A stretch of 64,000 bases of DNA, taken from the NCBI RefSeq assembly GCF_009914755.1, contig NC_060942.1. The stretch is one strand, 5' to 3'. Of this stretch, positions 10,601 through 23,800 are shown piece after piece. The DNA comes from the human T2T-CHM13v2.0 reference genome, Homo sapiens. The notes beneath the pieces were generated by a model that had not been told where the DNA came from, made no database searches, and saw only the letters and a list, made by a program, of their open reading frames with translations. The stretch's first letter is position 1; the number at the start of each line of letters is the position of its first letter. Both the position numbers and the translations under genes were made by a program.

Positions 10601-13600
10601 CTGGAAGTGGACATTTCGATCGATTTCAGGCCTATGTTGAAAAAGGAAATATCTTAACATAAAAACTAGACAGAAGCATTCTCAGAAACGTCTTTGTGAT
10701 GTGTGTCCTCAACTAACAGAGTTCAACCTTTCTTATGATACAGCAGTTTGGAAACACTCTTTTTATAGAATTTGCAAGTTGATACATGGATAGCCCTAAC
10801 TATTTCGTTGGAAACGGGAATATCTTCACATAAAACCTAGACAGAAGCACTCTCAGAAACTACTTTGTGATATCTGCATTGATATCAGAGAGTTGAATAT
10901 TCCCTTTCTAAGGGCAGGCTTGAAAGCGTATTTTCGTGGAATCTGCAGGAGGATATTTGGATAGCTTTGAGGGTTACGTTGGAAACGGGATTACATATAC
11001 AAAGCAGACAGCAGCATTCTCAGAAGCTTCTTTATGATGTTTGCGTTCAAGTCACAGAGTTGAACGTTCCCTTTCATAGAGCAGGTTTCAAACCCTCTTT
11101 CTGCAGTATCTGGAAGTGGACATTTCGAGCGCTTTCAGGCCTATGGTGAACAAGGAAATATCTTCCCATGCAAACTAGACAGAAGCCTTCGCAGAAACTT
11201 GTTTGTGATGTGTGTCCTCAACTCACAGAGTTGAACATTTCGTTTGACAGAGCAGTTTGGAAACACGATTTTTGTAGAATCTGCAAGTGGATATTTGGAT
11301 GGCTTTGTGGATTTCGTTGGAAACGGGAGTATCTTCATAGAAAACCTAGACAGTAACATTCTCAGAAACGGCTTTGTGATATCCGCATTCACGTCACAGA
11401 GTTGAACATTCCCTTTCATAGAGCAGGTTTGAAACACACTTTCTGTAGTATCTGGATGTGGGCACTTGGAGCGCTTGGACGCTTATGGTGAAAAAGGAAA
11501 TATCGTCCCATAAAACCTAGACAGAAGCATTCTCACAAACTGCTTTGTGACGTATGTCGTCAGCTAACAGAGTTGAACATTTCTATTCACAGAGCAGTTT
11601 TGAAAGACTCCTTTGGAGTATCTGCTAGTGGATATGTGGAGAGCTTTAAGGATTTCATCGGAAACCGGAATATCCTCAGGTAAAATCTAGACAGAGGCAT
11701 TCTCAGAAACTTCTTTGTAATGTGTGTCCTCAACTAACAGTGTACAACCTATCTTTTGATACAGCACGTTGGAAACACTCTTTTTATAGAATCTGCAAGT
11801 GGATATTTGGATAGCTCTAACGATTTCGTTGGAAACGGGAATACCTTCATATAAAATCTAGACAGTGGCACTCGCAGAAACTGCTTTGTGATATCTGCAT
11901 TCAAGCCACAGAGTTGAACATTTCCCTTCCTAAAGCAGGTTTGAAACACTCTTTCTGTCGTATCTGGAAGTGGACATTTGGAGCACTTTGACGCCTTTGG
12001 TGAAAAAGGAAATGTCTTCCCATCAAAACTAGACAGAAGCATTCTAAGAAACATTTTTGGGATATATGTACTCAACTAACAGAGTTGAACCTTTCTCTTT
12101 ATAGATCAGTTTTGGAAAGCTCTTTATGTGGAATCTGCAGATGGATATTCGGATAGCTCTGAGGATTTCGTTGGAGACGGGAATACATAAAGAAAGTAGA
12201 CAGCAGCATTCTCGGGAGATTCTTTGTGATGTTTGCTTTGAAGTCACAGAGTTGAATATTCCCTTCAATAGAGCAGGTTTGAAACACTCTTTCTGTAGTA
12301 TCTGGAAGTGGACATTTCGATCGATTTCAGGCCTATGTTGAAAAAGGAAATATCTTAACATAAAAACTAGACAGAAGCATTCTCAGAAACGTCTTTGTGA
12401 TGTGTGTCCTCAACTAACAGAGTTCAACCTTTCTTATGATACAGCAGTTGGGAAACACTCTTTTTATAGAATTTGCAAGTTGATACATGGATAGCCCTAA
12501 GTATTTCGTTGGAAACGGGAATATCTTCACATAAAACCTAGACAGAAGCACTCTCAGAAACTACTTTGTGATATCTGCATTGATATCAGAGAGTTGAATA
12601 TTCCCTTTCTAAGGGCAGGCTTGAAAGCGTCTTTTCGTGGAATCTGCAGGAGGATATTTGGATAGCTTTGAGGGTTACGTTGGAAACGGGATTACATGTA
12701 CAAAGCAGACAGCAGCATTCTCAGAAGCTTCTTTATGATGTTTGCGCTCAAGTCACAGAGTTGAACGTTCCCTTTCATAGAGCAGGTTTCAAACCCTCTT
12801 TCTGCAGTATCTGGAAGTGGACATTTCGAGCGCTTTCAGGCCTATGGTGAACAAGGAAATATCTTCCCATGCAAACTAGACAGAAGCATTCGCAGAAACT
12901 TGTTTGTGATGTGTGTCCTCAACTCACAGAGTTGAACATTTCATTTGACAGAGCAGTTTGGAAACACGATTTTTGTAGAATCTGCAAGTGGATATTTGGA
13001 TGGCTTTGTGGATTTCGTTGGAAACGGGAGTATCTTCATAGAAAACCTAGACAGTAACACTCTCAGAAACGGCTTTGTGATATCCGCATTCACGTCACAG
13101 AGTTGAACATTCCCTTTCATAGAGCAGGTTTGAAACACCCTTTCTGAAGTATCTGGATGTGGGCACTTGGAGCGCTTGGACGCTTATGGTGAAAAAGGAA
13201 ATATCGTCCCATAAAACCTAGACAGAAGCATTCTCACAAACTGCTTTGTGACGTATGTCGTCAGCTAACAGAGTTGAACATTTCTATTCACAGAGCAGTT
13301 TTGAAAGACTCCTTTGGAGTATCTGCTAGTGGATATGTGGAGAGCTTTAAGGATTTCATCGGAAACCGGAATATCCTCAGGTAAAATCTAGACAGAGGCA
13401 TTCTCAGAAACTTCTTTGTAATGTGTGTCCTCAACTAACAGTGTACAACCTATCTTTTGATACAGCACGTTGGAAACACTCTTTTTATAGAATCTGCAAG
13501 TGGATATTTGGATAGCTCTAACGATTTCGTTGGAAACGGGAATACCTTCATATAAAATCTAGACAGTGGCACTCGCAGAAACTGCTTTGTGATATCTGCA

Positions 13601-16600
13601 TTCAAGCCACAGAGTTGAACATTTCCCTTCCTAAAGCAGGTTTGAAACACTCTTTCTGTCGTATCTGGAAGTGGACATTTGGAGCACTTTGACGCCTTTG
13701 GTGAAAAAGGAAATGTCTTCCCATCAAAACTAGACAGAAGCATTCTAAGAAACATTTTTGGGATATATGTACTCAACTAACAGAGTTGAAGCTTTCTCTT
13801 TATAGATCAGTTTTGGAAAGCTCTTTATGTGGAATCTGCAGATGGATATTCGGATAGCTCTGAGGATTTCGTTGGAGACGGGAATACATAAACAATCTAG
13901 ACAGCAGCATTCTCGGGAGATTCTTTGTGATGTTTGCTTTGAAGTCACAGAGTTGAATATTCCCTTCAATAGAGCAGGTTTGAAACACTCTTTCTGTAGT
14001 ATCTGGAAGTGGACATTTCGATCGATTTCAGGCCTATGTTGAAAAAGGAAATATCTTAACATAAAAACTAGACAGAAGCATTCTCAGAAACGTCTTTGTG
14101 ATGTGTGTCCTCAACTAACAGAGTTCAACCTTTCTTATGATACAGCAGTTGGGAAACACTCTTTTTATAGAATTTGCAAGTTGATACATGGATAGCCCTA
14201 ACTATTTCGTTGGAAACGGGAATATCTTCACATAAAACCTAGACAGAAGCACTCTCAGAAACTACTTTGTGATATCTGCATTGATATCAGAGAGTTGAAT
14301 ATTCCCTTTCTAAGGGCAGGCTTGAAAGCGTATTTTCGTGGAATCTGCAGGAGGATATTTGGATAGCTTTGAGGGTTACGTTGGAAACGGGATTACATGT
14401 ACAAAGCAGACAGCAGCATTCTCAGAAGCTTCTTTATGATGTTTGCGTTCAAGTCACAGAGTTGAACGTTCCCTTTCATAGAGCAGGTTTCAATCCCTCT
14501 TTCTGCAGTATCTGGAAGTGGACATTTCGAGCGCTTTCAGGCCTATGGTGAACAAGGAAATATCTTCCCATGCAAACTAGACAGAAGCATTCGCAGAAAC
14601 TTGTTTGTGATGTGTGTCCTCAACTCACAGAGTTGAACATTTCGTTTGACAGAGCAGTTTGGAAACACGATTTTTGTAGAATCTGCAAGTGGATATTTGG
14701 ATGGCTTTGTGGATTTCGTTGGAAACGGGAGTATCTTCATAGAAAACCTAGACAGTAACATTCTCAGAAACGGCTTTGTGATATCCGCATTCACGTCACA
14801 GAGTTGAACATTCCCTTTCATAGAGCAGGTTTGAAACACACTTTCTGTAGTATCTGGATGTGGGCACTTGGAGCGCTTGGACGCTTATGGTGAAAAAGGA
14901 AATATCGTCCCATAAAACCTAGACAGAAGCATTCTCACAAACTGCTTTGTGACGTATGTCGTCAGCTAACAGAGTTGAACATTTCTATTCACAGAGCAGT
15001 TTTGAAAGACTCCTTTGGAGTATCTGCTAGTGGATATGTGGAGAGCTTTAAGGATTTCATCGGAAACCGGAATATCCTCAGGTAAAATCTAGACAGAGGC
15101 ATTCTCAGAAACTTCTTTGTAATGTGTGTCCTCAACTAACAGTGTACAACCTATGTTTTGATACAGCACGTTGGAAACACTCTTTTTATAGAATCTGCAA
15201 GTGGATATTTGGATAGCTCTAACGATTTCGTTGGAAACGGGAATACCTTCATATAAAATCTAGACAGTGGCACTCGCAGAAACTGCTTTGTGATATCTGC
15301 ATTCAAGCCACAGAGTTGAACATTTCCCTTCCTAAAGCAGGTTTGAAACACTCTTTCTGTCGTATCTGGAAGTGGACATTTGGAGCACTTTGACGCCTTT
15401 GGTGAAAAAGGAAATGTCTTCCCATCAAAACTAGACAGAAGCATTCTAAGAAACATTTTTGGGATATATGTACTCAACTAACAGAGTTGAAGCTTTCTCT
15501 TTATATATCAGTTTTGGAAAGCTCTTTATGTGGAATCTGCAGATGGATATTCGGATAGCTCTGAGGATTTCGTTGGAGACGGGAATACATAAACAAACTA
15601 GACAGCAGCATTCTCGGGAGATTCTTTGTGATGTTTGCTTTTAAGTCACAGAGTTGAATATTCCCTTCAATAGAGCAGGTTTGAAACACTCTTTCTGTAG
15701 TATCTGGAAGTGGACATTTCGATCGATTTCAGGCCTATGTTGAAAAAGGAAATATCTTAACATAAAAACTAGACAGAAGCATTCTCAGAAATGTCTTTGT
15801 GATGTGTGTCCTCAACTAACAGAGTTCAACCTTTCTTATGATACAGCAGTTGGGAAACACTCTTTTTATAGAATTTGCAAGTTGATACATGGATAGCCCT
15901 AACTATTTCGTTGGAAACGGGAATATCTTCACATAAAACCTAGACAGAAGCACTCTCAGAAACTACTTTGTGATATGTGCATTGATATCAGAGAGTTGAA
16001 TATTCCCTTTCTAAGGGCAGGCTTGAAAGCGTCTTTTCGTGGAATCTGCAGGAGGATATTGGATAGCTTTGAGGGTTACGTTGGAAACGGGATTACATGT
16101 ACAAAGCAGACAGCAGCATTCTCAGAATCTTCTTTATGATGTTTGCGTTCAAGTCACAGAGTTGAACGTTCCCTTTCATAGATCAGGTTTCAAACCCTCT
16201 TTCTGCATTATCTGGAAGTGGACATTTCGAGCGCTTTCAGGCCTATGGTGAACAAGGAAATATCTTCCCATGCAAACTAGACAGAAGCATTCGCAGAAAC
16301 TTGTTTGTGATGTGTGTCCTCAACTCACAGAGTTGAACACTTCGTTTGACAGAGCAGTTTGGAAACACGATTTTTGTAGAATCTGCAAGTGGATATTTGG
16401 ATGGCTTTGTGGATTTCGTTGGAAACGGGAGTATCTTCATAGAAAACCTAGACAGTAACATTCTCAGAAACGGCTTTGTGATATCCGCATTCACGTCACA
16501 GAGTTGAACATTCCGTTTCATAGAGCAGGTTTGAAACACCCTTTCTGAAGTATCTGGATGTGGGCACTTGGAGCTCTTGGACGCTTATGGTGAAAAAGGA

Positions 16601-19600
16601 AATATCGTCCCATAAAACCTAGACAGAAACATTCTCAGAAACTGCTTTGTGACGTATGTCGTCAGCTAACAGAGTTGAGCATTTCTATTCACAGAGCAGT
16701 TTTGAAAGACTCTTTTGGAGTATCTGCTAGTGGATATGTGGAGAGCTTTAAGGATTTCACTGGAAACCGGAATATCTTCAGGTAAAATCTAGACAGAGGC
16801 ATTCTCAGAAACCTCTTTGTAATGTGTGTCCTCAACTAACAGTGTACAACCTATCTTTTGATACAGCACGTTGGAAACACTCTTTTTATAGAATCTGCAA
16901 GTGGATATTTGGATAGCTCTAACGATTTCGTTGGAAACGGGAATACCTTCATATAAAATCTAGACAGTGGCACTCGCAAAAACTGCTTTGTGATATCTGC
17001 ATTCAAGCCACAGAGTTGAACATTTCCCTTCCTAAAGCAGGTTTGAAACACTCTTTCTGTCGTATCTGGAAGTGGACATTTGGAGCACTTTGACGCCTTT
17101 GGTGAAAAAGGAAATGTCTTCCCATCAAAACTAGACAGAAGCATTCTAAGAAACATTTTTGGGATATATGTACTCAACTAACAGAGTTGAAGCTTTCTCT
17201 TTATAGATCAGTTTTGGAAAGCTCTTTATGTGGAATCTGCAGATGGATATTCGGATAGCTCTGAGGATTTCGTTGGAGACGGGAATACATAAAGAAAGTA
17301 GAGAGCAGCATTCTCGGGAGATTCTTTGTGATGTTTGCTTTTAAGTCACAGAGTTGAATATTCCCTTCAATAGAGCAGGTTTGAAACACTCTTTCTGTAG
17401 TATCTGGAAGTGGACATTTCGATCGATTTCTGGCCTATGTTGAAAAAGGAAATATCTTAACATAAAAACTAGACAGAAGCATTCTCAGAAACGTCTTTGT
17501 GATGTGTGTCCTCAACTAACAGAGTTCAACCTTTCTTATGATACAGCAGTTGGGAAACACTCTTTTTATAGAATTTGCAAGTTGATACATGGATAGCCCT
17601 AACTATTTCGTTGGAAACGGGAGTATCTTCACATAAAACCTAGACAGAAGCACTCTCAGAAACTACTTTGTGATATCTGCATTGATATCAGAGAGTTGAA
17701 TATTCCCTTTCTAAGGGCAGGCTTGAAAGCGTCTTTTCGTGGAATCTGCAGGAGGATATTTGGATAGCTTTGAGGGTTACGTTGGAAACGGGATTACATG
17801 TACAAAGCAGACACCAGCATTCTCAGAAGCTTCTTTATGATGTTTGCGTTCAAGTCACAGAGTTGAACGTTCCCTTTCATAGAGCAGGTTTCAAACCCTC
17901 TTTCTGCAGTATCTGGAAGTGGACATTTCGAGCGCTTTCAGGCCTATGGTGAACAAGGAAATATCTTCCCATGCAAACTAGACAGAAGCATTCGCAGAAA
18001 CTTGTTTGTGATGTGTGTCCTCAACTCACAGAGTTGAACATTTCGTTTGACAGAGCAGTTTGGAAACACGATTTTTGTAGAATCTGCAAGTGGATATTTG
18101 GATGGCTTTGTGGATTTCGTTGGAAACGGGAGTATCTTCATAGAAAACCTAGACAGTAACATTCTCAGAAACGGCTTTGTGATATCCGCATTCACGTCAC
18201 AGAGTTGAACATTCCCTTTCATAGAGCAGGTTTGAAACACACTTTCTGTAGTATCTGGATGTGGGCACTTGGAGCGCTTGGACGCTTATGGTGAAAAAGG
18301 AAATATCGTCCCATAAAATCTAGACAGAAGCATTCTCACAAACTGCTTTGTGACGTATGTCGTCAGCTAACAGAGTTGAACATTTCTATTCACAGAGCAG
18401 TTTTGAAAGACTCCTTTGGAGTATCTGCTAGTGGATATGTGGAGAGCTTTAAGGATTTCATCGGAAACCGGAATATCCTCAGGTAAAATCTAGACAGAGG
18501 CATTCTCAGAAACTTCTTTGTAACGTGTGTCCTCAACGAACAGTGTACAACCTATCTTTTGATACAGCACGTTGGAAACACTCTTTTTATAGAATCTGCA
18601 AGTGGATATTTGGATAGCTCTAACGATTTCGTTGGAAACGGGAATACCTTCATATAAAATCTAGACAGTGGCACTCTCAGAAACTGCTTTGTGATATCTG
18701 CATTCAAGCCACAGAGTTGAACATTTCCCTTCCTAAAGCAGGTTTGAAACACTCTTTCTGTCGTATCTGGAAGTGGACATTTGGAGCACTTTGACGCCTT
18801 TGGTGAAAAAGGAAATGTCTTCCCATCAAAACTAGACAGAAGCATTCTAAGAAACATTTTTGGGATATATGTACTCAACTAACAGAGTTGAAGCTTTCTC
18901 TTTATATATCAGTTTTGGAAAGCTCTTTATGTGGAATCTGCAGATGGATATTCGGATAGCTCTGAGGATTTCGTTGGAGACGGGAATACATAAACAAACT
19001 AGACAGCAGCATTCTCGGGAGATTCTTTGTGATGTTTGCTTTTAAGTCACAGAGTTGAATATTCCCTTCAATAGAGCAGGTTTGAAACACTCTTTCCGTA
19101 GTATCTGGAAGTGGACATTTCGATCGATTTCAGGCCTATGTTGAAAAAGGAAATATCTTAACATAAAAACTAGACAGAAGCATTCTCAGAAATGTCTTTG
19201 TGATGTGTGTCCTCAACTAACAGAGTTCAACCTTTCTTATGATACAGCAGTTGGGAAACACTCTTTTTATAGAATTTGCAAGTTGCTACATGGAGAGCCC
19301 TAACTATTTCGTTGGAAACGGGAATATCTTCACATAAAACCTAGACAGAAGCACTCTCAGAAACTACTTTGTGATATCTGCATTGATATCAGAGAGTTGA
19401 ATATTCCCTTTCTAAGGGCAGGCTTGAAAGCGTCTTTTCGTGGAATCTGCAGGAGGATATTGGATAGCTTTGAGGGTTACGTTGGAAACGGGATTACATG
19501 TACAAAGCAGACAGCAGCATTCTCAGAATCTTCTTTATGATGTTTGCGTTCAAGTCACAGAGTTGAACGTTCCCTTTCATAGATCAGGTTTCAAACCCTC

Positions 19601-20899
19601 TTTCTGCAGTATCTGGAAGTGGACATTTCGAGCGCTTTCAGGCCTATGGTGAACAAGGAAATATCTTCCCATGCAAACTAGACAGAAGCATTCGCAGAAA
19701 CTTGTTTGTGATGTGTGTCCTCAACTCACAGAGTTGAACACTTCGTTTGACAGAGCAGTTTGGAAACACGATTTTTGTAGAATCTGCAAGTGGATATTTG
19801 GATGGCTTTGTGGATTTCGTTGGAAACGGGAGTATCTTCATAGAAAACCTAGACAGTAACATTCTCAGAAACGGCTTTGTGATATCCGCATTCACGTCAC
19901 AGAGTTGAACATTCCGTTTCATAGAGCAGGTTTGAAACACACTTTCTGAAGTATCTGGATGTGGGCACTTGGAGCTCTTGGACGCTTATGGTGAAAAAGG
20001 AAATATCGTCCCATAAAACCTAGACAGAAGCATTCTCAGAAACTGCTTTGTGACGTATGTCGTCAGCTAACAGAGTTGAGCATTTCTATTCACAGAGCAG
20101 TTTTGAAAGACTCTTTTGGAGTATCTGCTAGTGGATATGTGGAGAGCTTTAAGGATTTCACTGGAAACCGGAATATCTTCAGGTAAAATCTAGACAGAGG
20201 CATTCTCAGAAACCTCTTTGTAATGTGTGTCCTCAACTAACAGTGTACAACCTATCTTTTGATACAGCACGTTGGAAACACTCTTTTTATAGAATCTGCA
20301 AGTGGATATTTGGATAGCTCTAACGATTTCGTTGGAAACGGGAATACCTTCATATAAAATCTAGACAGTGGCACTCGCAAAAACTGCTTTGTGATATCTG
20401 CATTCAAGCCACAGAGTTGAACATTTCCCTTCCTAAAGCAGGTTTGAAACACACTTTCTGTCGTATCTGGAAGTGGACATTTGGAGCACTTTGACGCCTT
20501 TGGTGAAAAAGGAAATGTCTTCCCATCAAAACTAGACAGAAGCATTCTAAGAAACATTTTTGGGATATATGTACTCAAGTAACAGAGTTGAACCTTTCTC
20601 TTTATAGATCAGTTTTGGAAAGCTCTTTATGTGGAATCTGCAGATGGATATTCGGATAGCTCTGAGGATTTCGTTGGAGACGGGAATACATAAAGAAAGT
20701 AGACAGCAGCATTCTCGGGAGATTCTTTGTGATGTTTGCTTTGAAGTCACAGAGTTGAATATTCCCTTCAATAGAGCAGGTTTGAAACACTCTTTCTGTA
20801 GTATCTGGAAGTGGACATTTTGATCGATTTCTGGCCTATGTTGAAAAAGGAAATATCTTAACATAAAAACTAGACAGAAGCATTCTCAGAAACGTCTTT

Positions 20900-23800
20900 G
20901 TGATGTGTGTCCTCAACTAACAGAGTTCAACCTTTCTTATGATACAGCAGTTTGGAAACACTCTTTTTATAGAATTTGCAAGTTGATACATGGATAGCCC
21001 TAACTGTTTCGTTGGAAACGGGAATATCTTTACATAAAACCTAGACAGAAGCACTCTCAGAAACTACTTTGTGAAATCTGCATTGATATCAGAGAGTTGA
21101 ATATTCCCTTTCTAAGGGCAGGCTTGAAAGCGTCTTTTCATGGAATCTGCAGGAGGATATTTGGATAGCTTTGAGGGTTACGTTGGAAACGGGATTACAT
21201 GTACAAAGCAGACAGCAGCATTCTCAGAAGCTTCTTTATGATGTTTGCGTTCAAGTCACAGAGTTGAACGTTCCCTTTCATAGAGCAGGTTTCAAACCCT
21301 CTTTCTGCAGTATCTTGAAGTGGACATTTCGAGCGCTTTCAGGCCTATGGTGAACAAGGAAATATCTTCCCATGCATACTAGACAGAAGCATTCGCAGAA
21401 ACTTGTTTGTGATGTGTGTCCTCAACTCACAGAGTTGAACATTTCGTTTGACAGAGCAGTTTGGAAACGCGATTTTTGCAGAATCTGCAAGTGGATATTT
21501 GGATGGCTTTGTGGATTTCGTTGGAAACGGGAGTATCTTCATAGACAACCTAGACAGTAACATTCTCAGAAACGGCTTTGTGATATCCGCATTCACGTCA
21601 CAGAGTTGAACATTCCCTCTCATAGAGCAGGCTTGAAACACACATTCTGTAGTATCTGGATGTGGGCACTTGGAGCGTTTGGACGCTTATGCTGAAAAAG
21701 AAAATATCGTCCCATAAAAACTAGACAGAAGCATTCTCACAAACTGCTTTGTGACGTATGTCTTCAACTAACAGAGTTGAACATTTCTATTCACAGAGCA
21801 GTTTTGAAAGTGTCTTTTGGAGTGTCTGCTAGTGGATATTTGGAGAGCTTTAAGGATTTCATTGGAAACCGGAATATCTTCAGGTAAAATCTAGACAGAG
21901 GCATTCTCAGAAACTTCTTTGTAATGGGTGTCCTCAACTAACAGTGTACAACCTATCTTTTGATACAGCACGTTGGAAACACTCTTTTTATAGAATCTGC
22001 AAGTGGATAGTTGGATAGCTCTAAAGATTTCGTTGGAAACGGGAAGGCCTTCATATAAAATCTAGACAGTGGCACTCTCAGAAACTGCTTTGTGATATCT
22101 GCATTCAAGCCACAGAGTTGAACATTTCCCTTCCTAAAGCAGGTTTGAAACACTCGTTTTGTCGTATCTGGAAGTGGACATTTGGAGCACTTTGACACTT
22201 TTGGTGAAAAAGGAAATGTCCTCCCGTCAAAACTAGACAGAAGCATTCTAAGAAACATTTTTGGGATATATGTACTCAACTAACAGAGTTGAACCTTCCT
22301 CTTTATAGATCAGTTTTGGAAAGCTCTTTACGTGGAATCTGCAAGTGGATATTCGGATAGCTCTGAGGATTTCGCTGGAGACGGGAATACATAAAGAAAG
22401 TAGACAGCAGCATTCTCGGGAGATTCTTTGTGATGTTTGCTTTTAAGTCACAGAGTTGAATATTCCCTTCAATAGAGCAGGTTTGAAACACTCTTTCTGT
22501 AGTATCTGGAAGTGGACATTTCGATCGATTTCAGGCCTATGTTGAAAAAGGAAATATCGTAACATAAAAACTAGACAGAAGCATTCTCAGAAACGTCTTT
22601 GTGATGTGTGTCCTCAACTAACAGAGTTCAACCTTTCTTATGATACAGCAGTTTGGAAACACTCTTTTTATAGAATTTGCAAGTTGATACATGGATAGCC
22701 CTAACTATTTCGTTGGAAACGGGAATATCTTTACATGAAACCTAGACAGAAGCACTCTCAGAAACTACTTTGTGATATCTGCATTGATATCAGAGAGTTG
22801 AATATTCCCTTTCTAAGGGCAGGCTTGAAAGCGTCTTTTCATGGAATCTGTAGGAGGATATTTGGATAGCTTTGAGGGTCACGTTGGAAACGGGATTACA
22901 TGTACAAAGCAGACAGCAGCATTCTTAGAAGATTCTTTATGATGTTTGCATTCAAGTCACAGAGTTGAACGTTCCCTTTCATAGAGCAGGTTTCAAACCC
23001 CCTTTCTGCAGTATCTGGAAGCGGACATTTCGAGCGCTTTCAGGCCTATGGTGAACAAGGAAATATCTTCCCATGCAAACTAGACAGAAGCATTCGTAGA
23101 AACTTGTTTGTGATGTGTGTCATCAACTCACAGAGTTGAACATTTCGTTTGACAGAGCAGTTTGGAAACACGATTCTTGTAGAATCTGCAAGTGGATATT
23201 TGGATGGCTTTGTGGATTTCGTTGGAAACGGGAGTATCTTCATAGACAACCTAGACAGTAACATTCTCAGAAACGGCTTTGTGATATCCGCATTCACGTC
23301 ACAGAGTTGAACATTCCCTCTCATAGAGCAGGCTTGAAACACACATTCTGTAGTATCAGGATGTGGGCACTTGGAGCGCTTGGACGCTTATGGTGAAAAA
23401 GGAAATATCGTCCCATAAAAACTAGACAGAAGCATTCTCACAAACTGCTTTGTGACGTATGTCTTCAACTAACAGAGTTGAACATTTCTATTCACAGAGC
23501 CGTTTTGAAAGACTCTTTTGGAGTGTCTGCTAGTGGATATTTGGAGAGCTTTAAGGATTTCATTGGAAACCGGAATATCTTCTGGTAAAGTCTAGACAGA
23601 GGCATTCTCAGAAACTTCTTTGTAATGTGTGTCCTCAACTAACAGTGTACAACCTATCTTTTGATACAGCACGTAGGAAACACTCTTTTTATAGAATCTG
23701 CAAGTGGGTAGTTGGATAGCTCTAACGATTTCGTTGGAAAGGGGAAGACCTTCATATAAAATCTAGACAGTGGCACTCTCAGAAACTGCTTTGTGATATC

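Larger units (their letters stand above)
1..20900 (+). repeat. HOR haplotype block 1
   Basis: Shared markers: GTATGTCGTCAGCT and GATATGTGGAGAG (H), CATAGAAAACCT (F), GGCACTCGCAG and CTTTCTGTCG (J), GCAGTTGGG (C). Confidence 0.85.
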
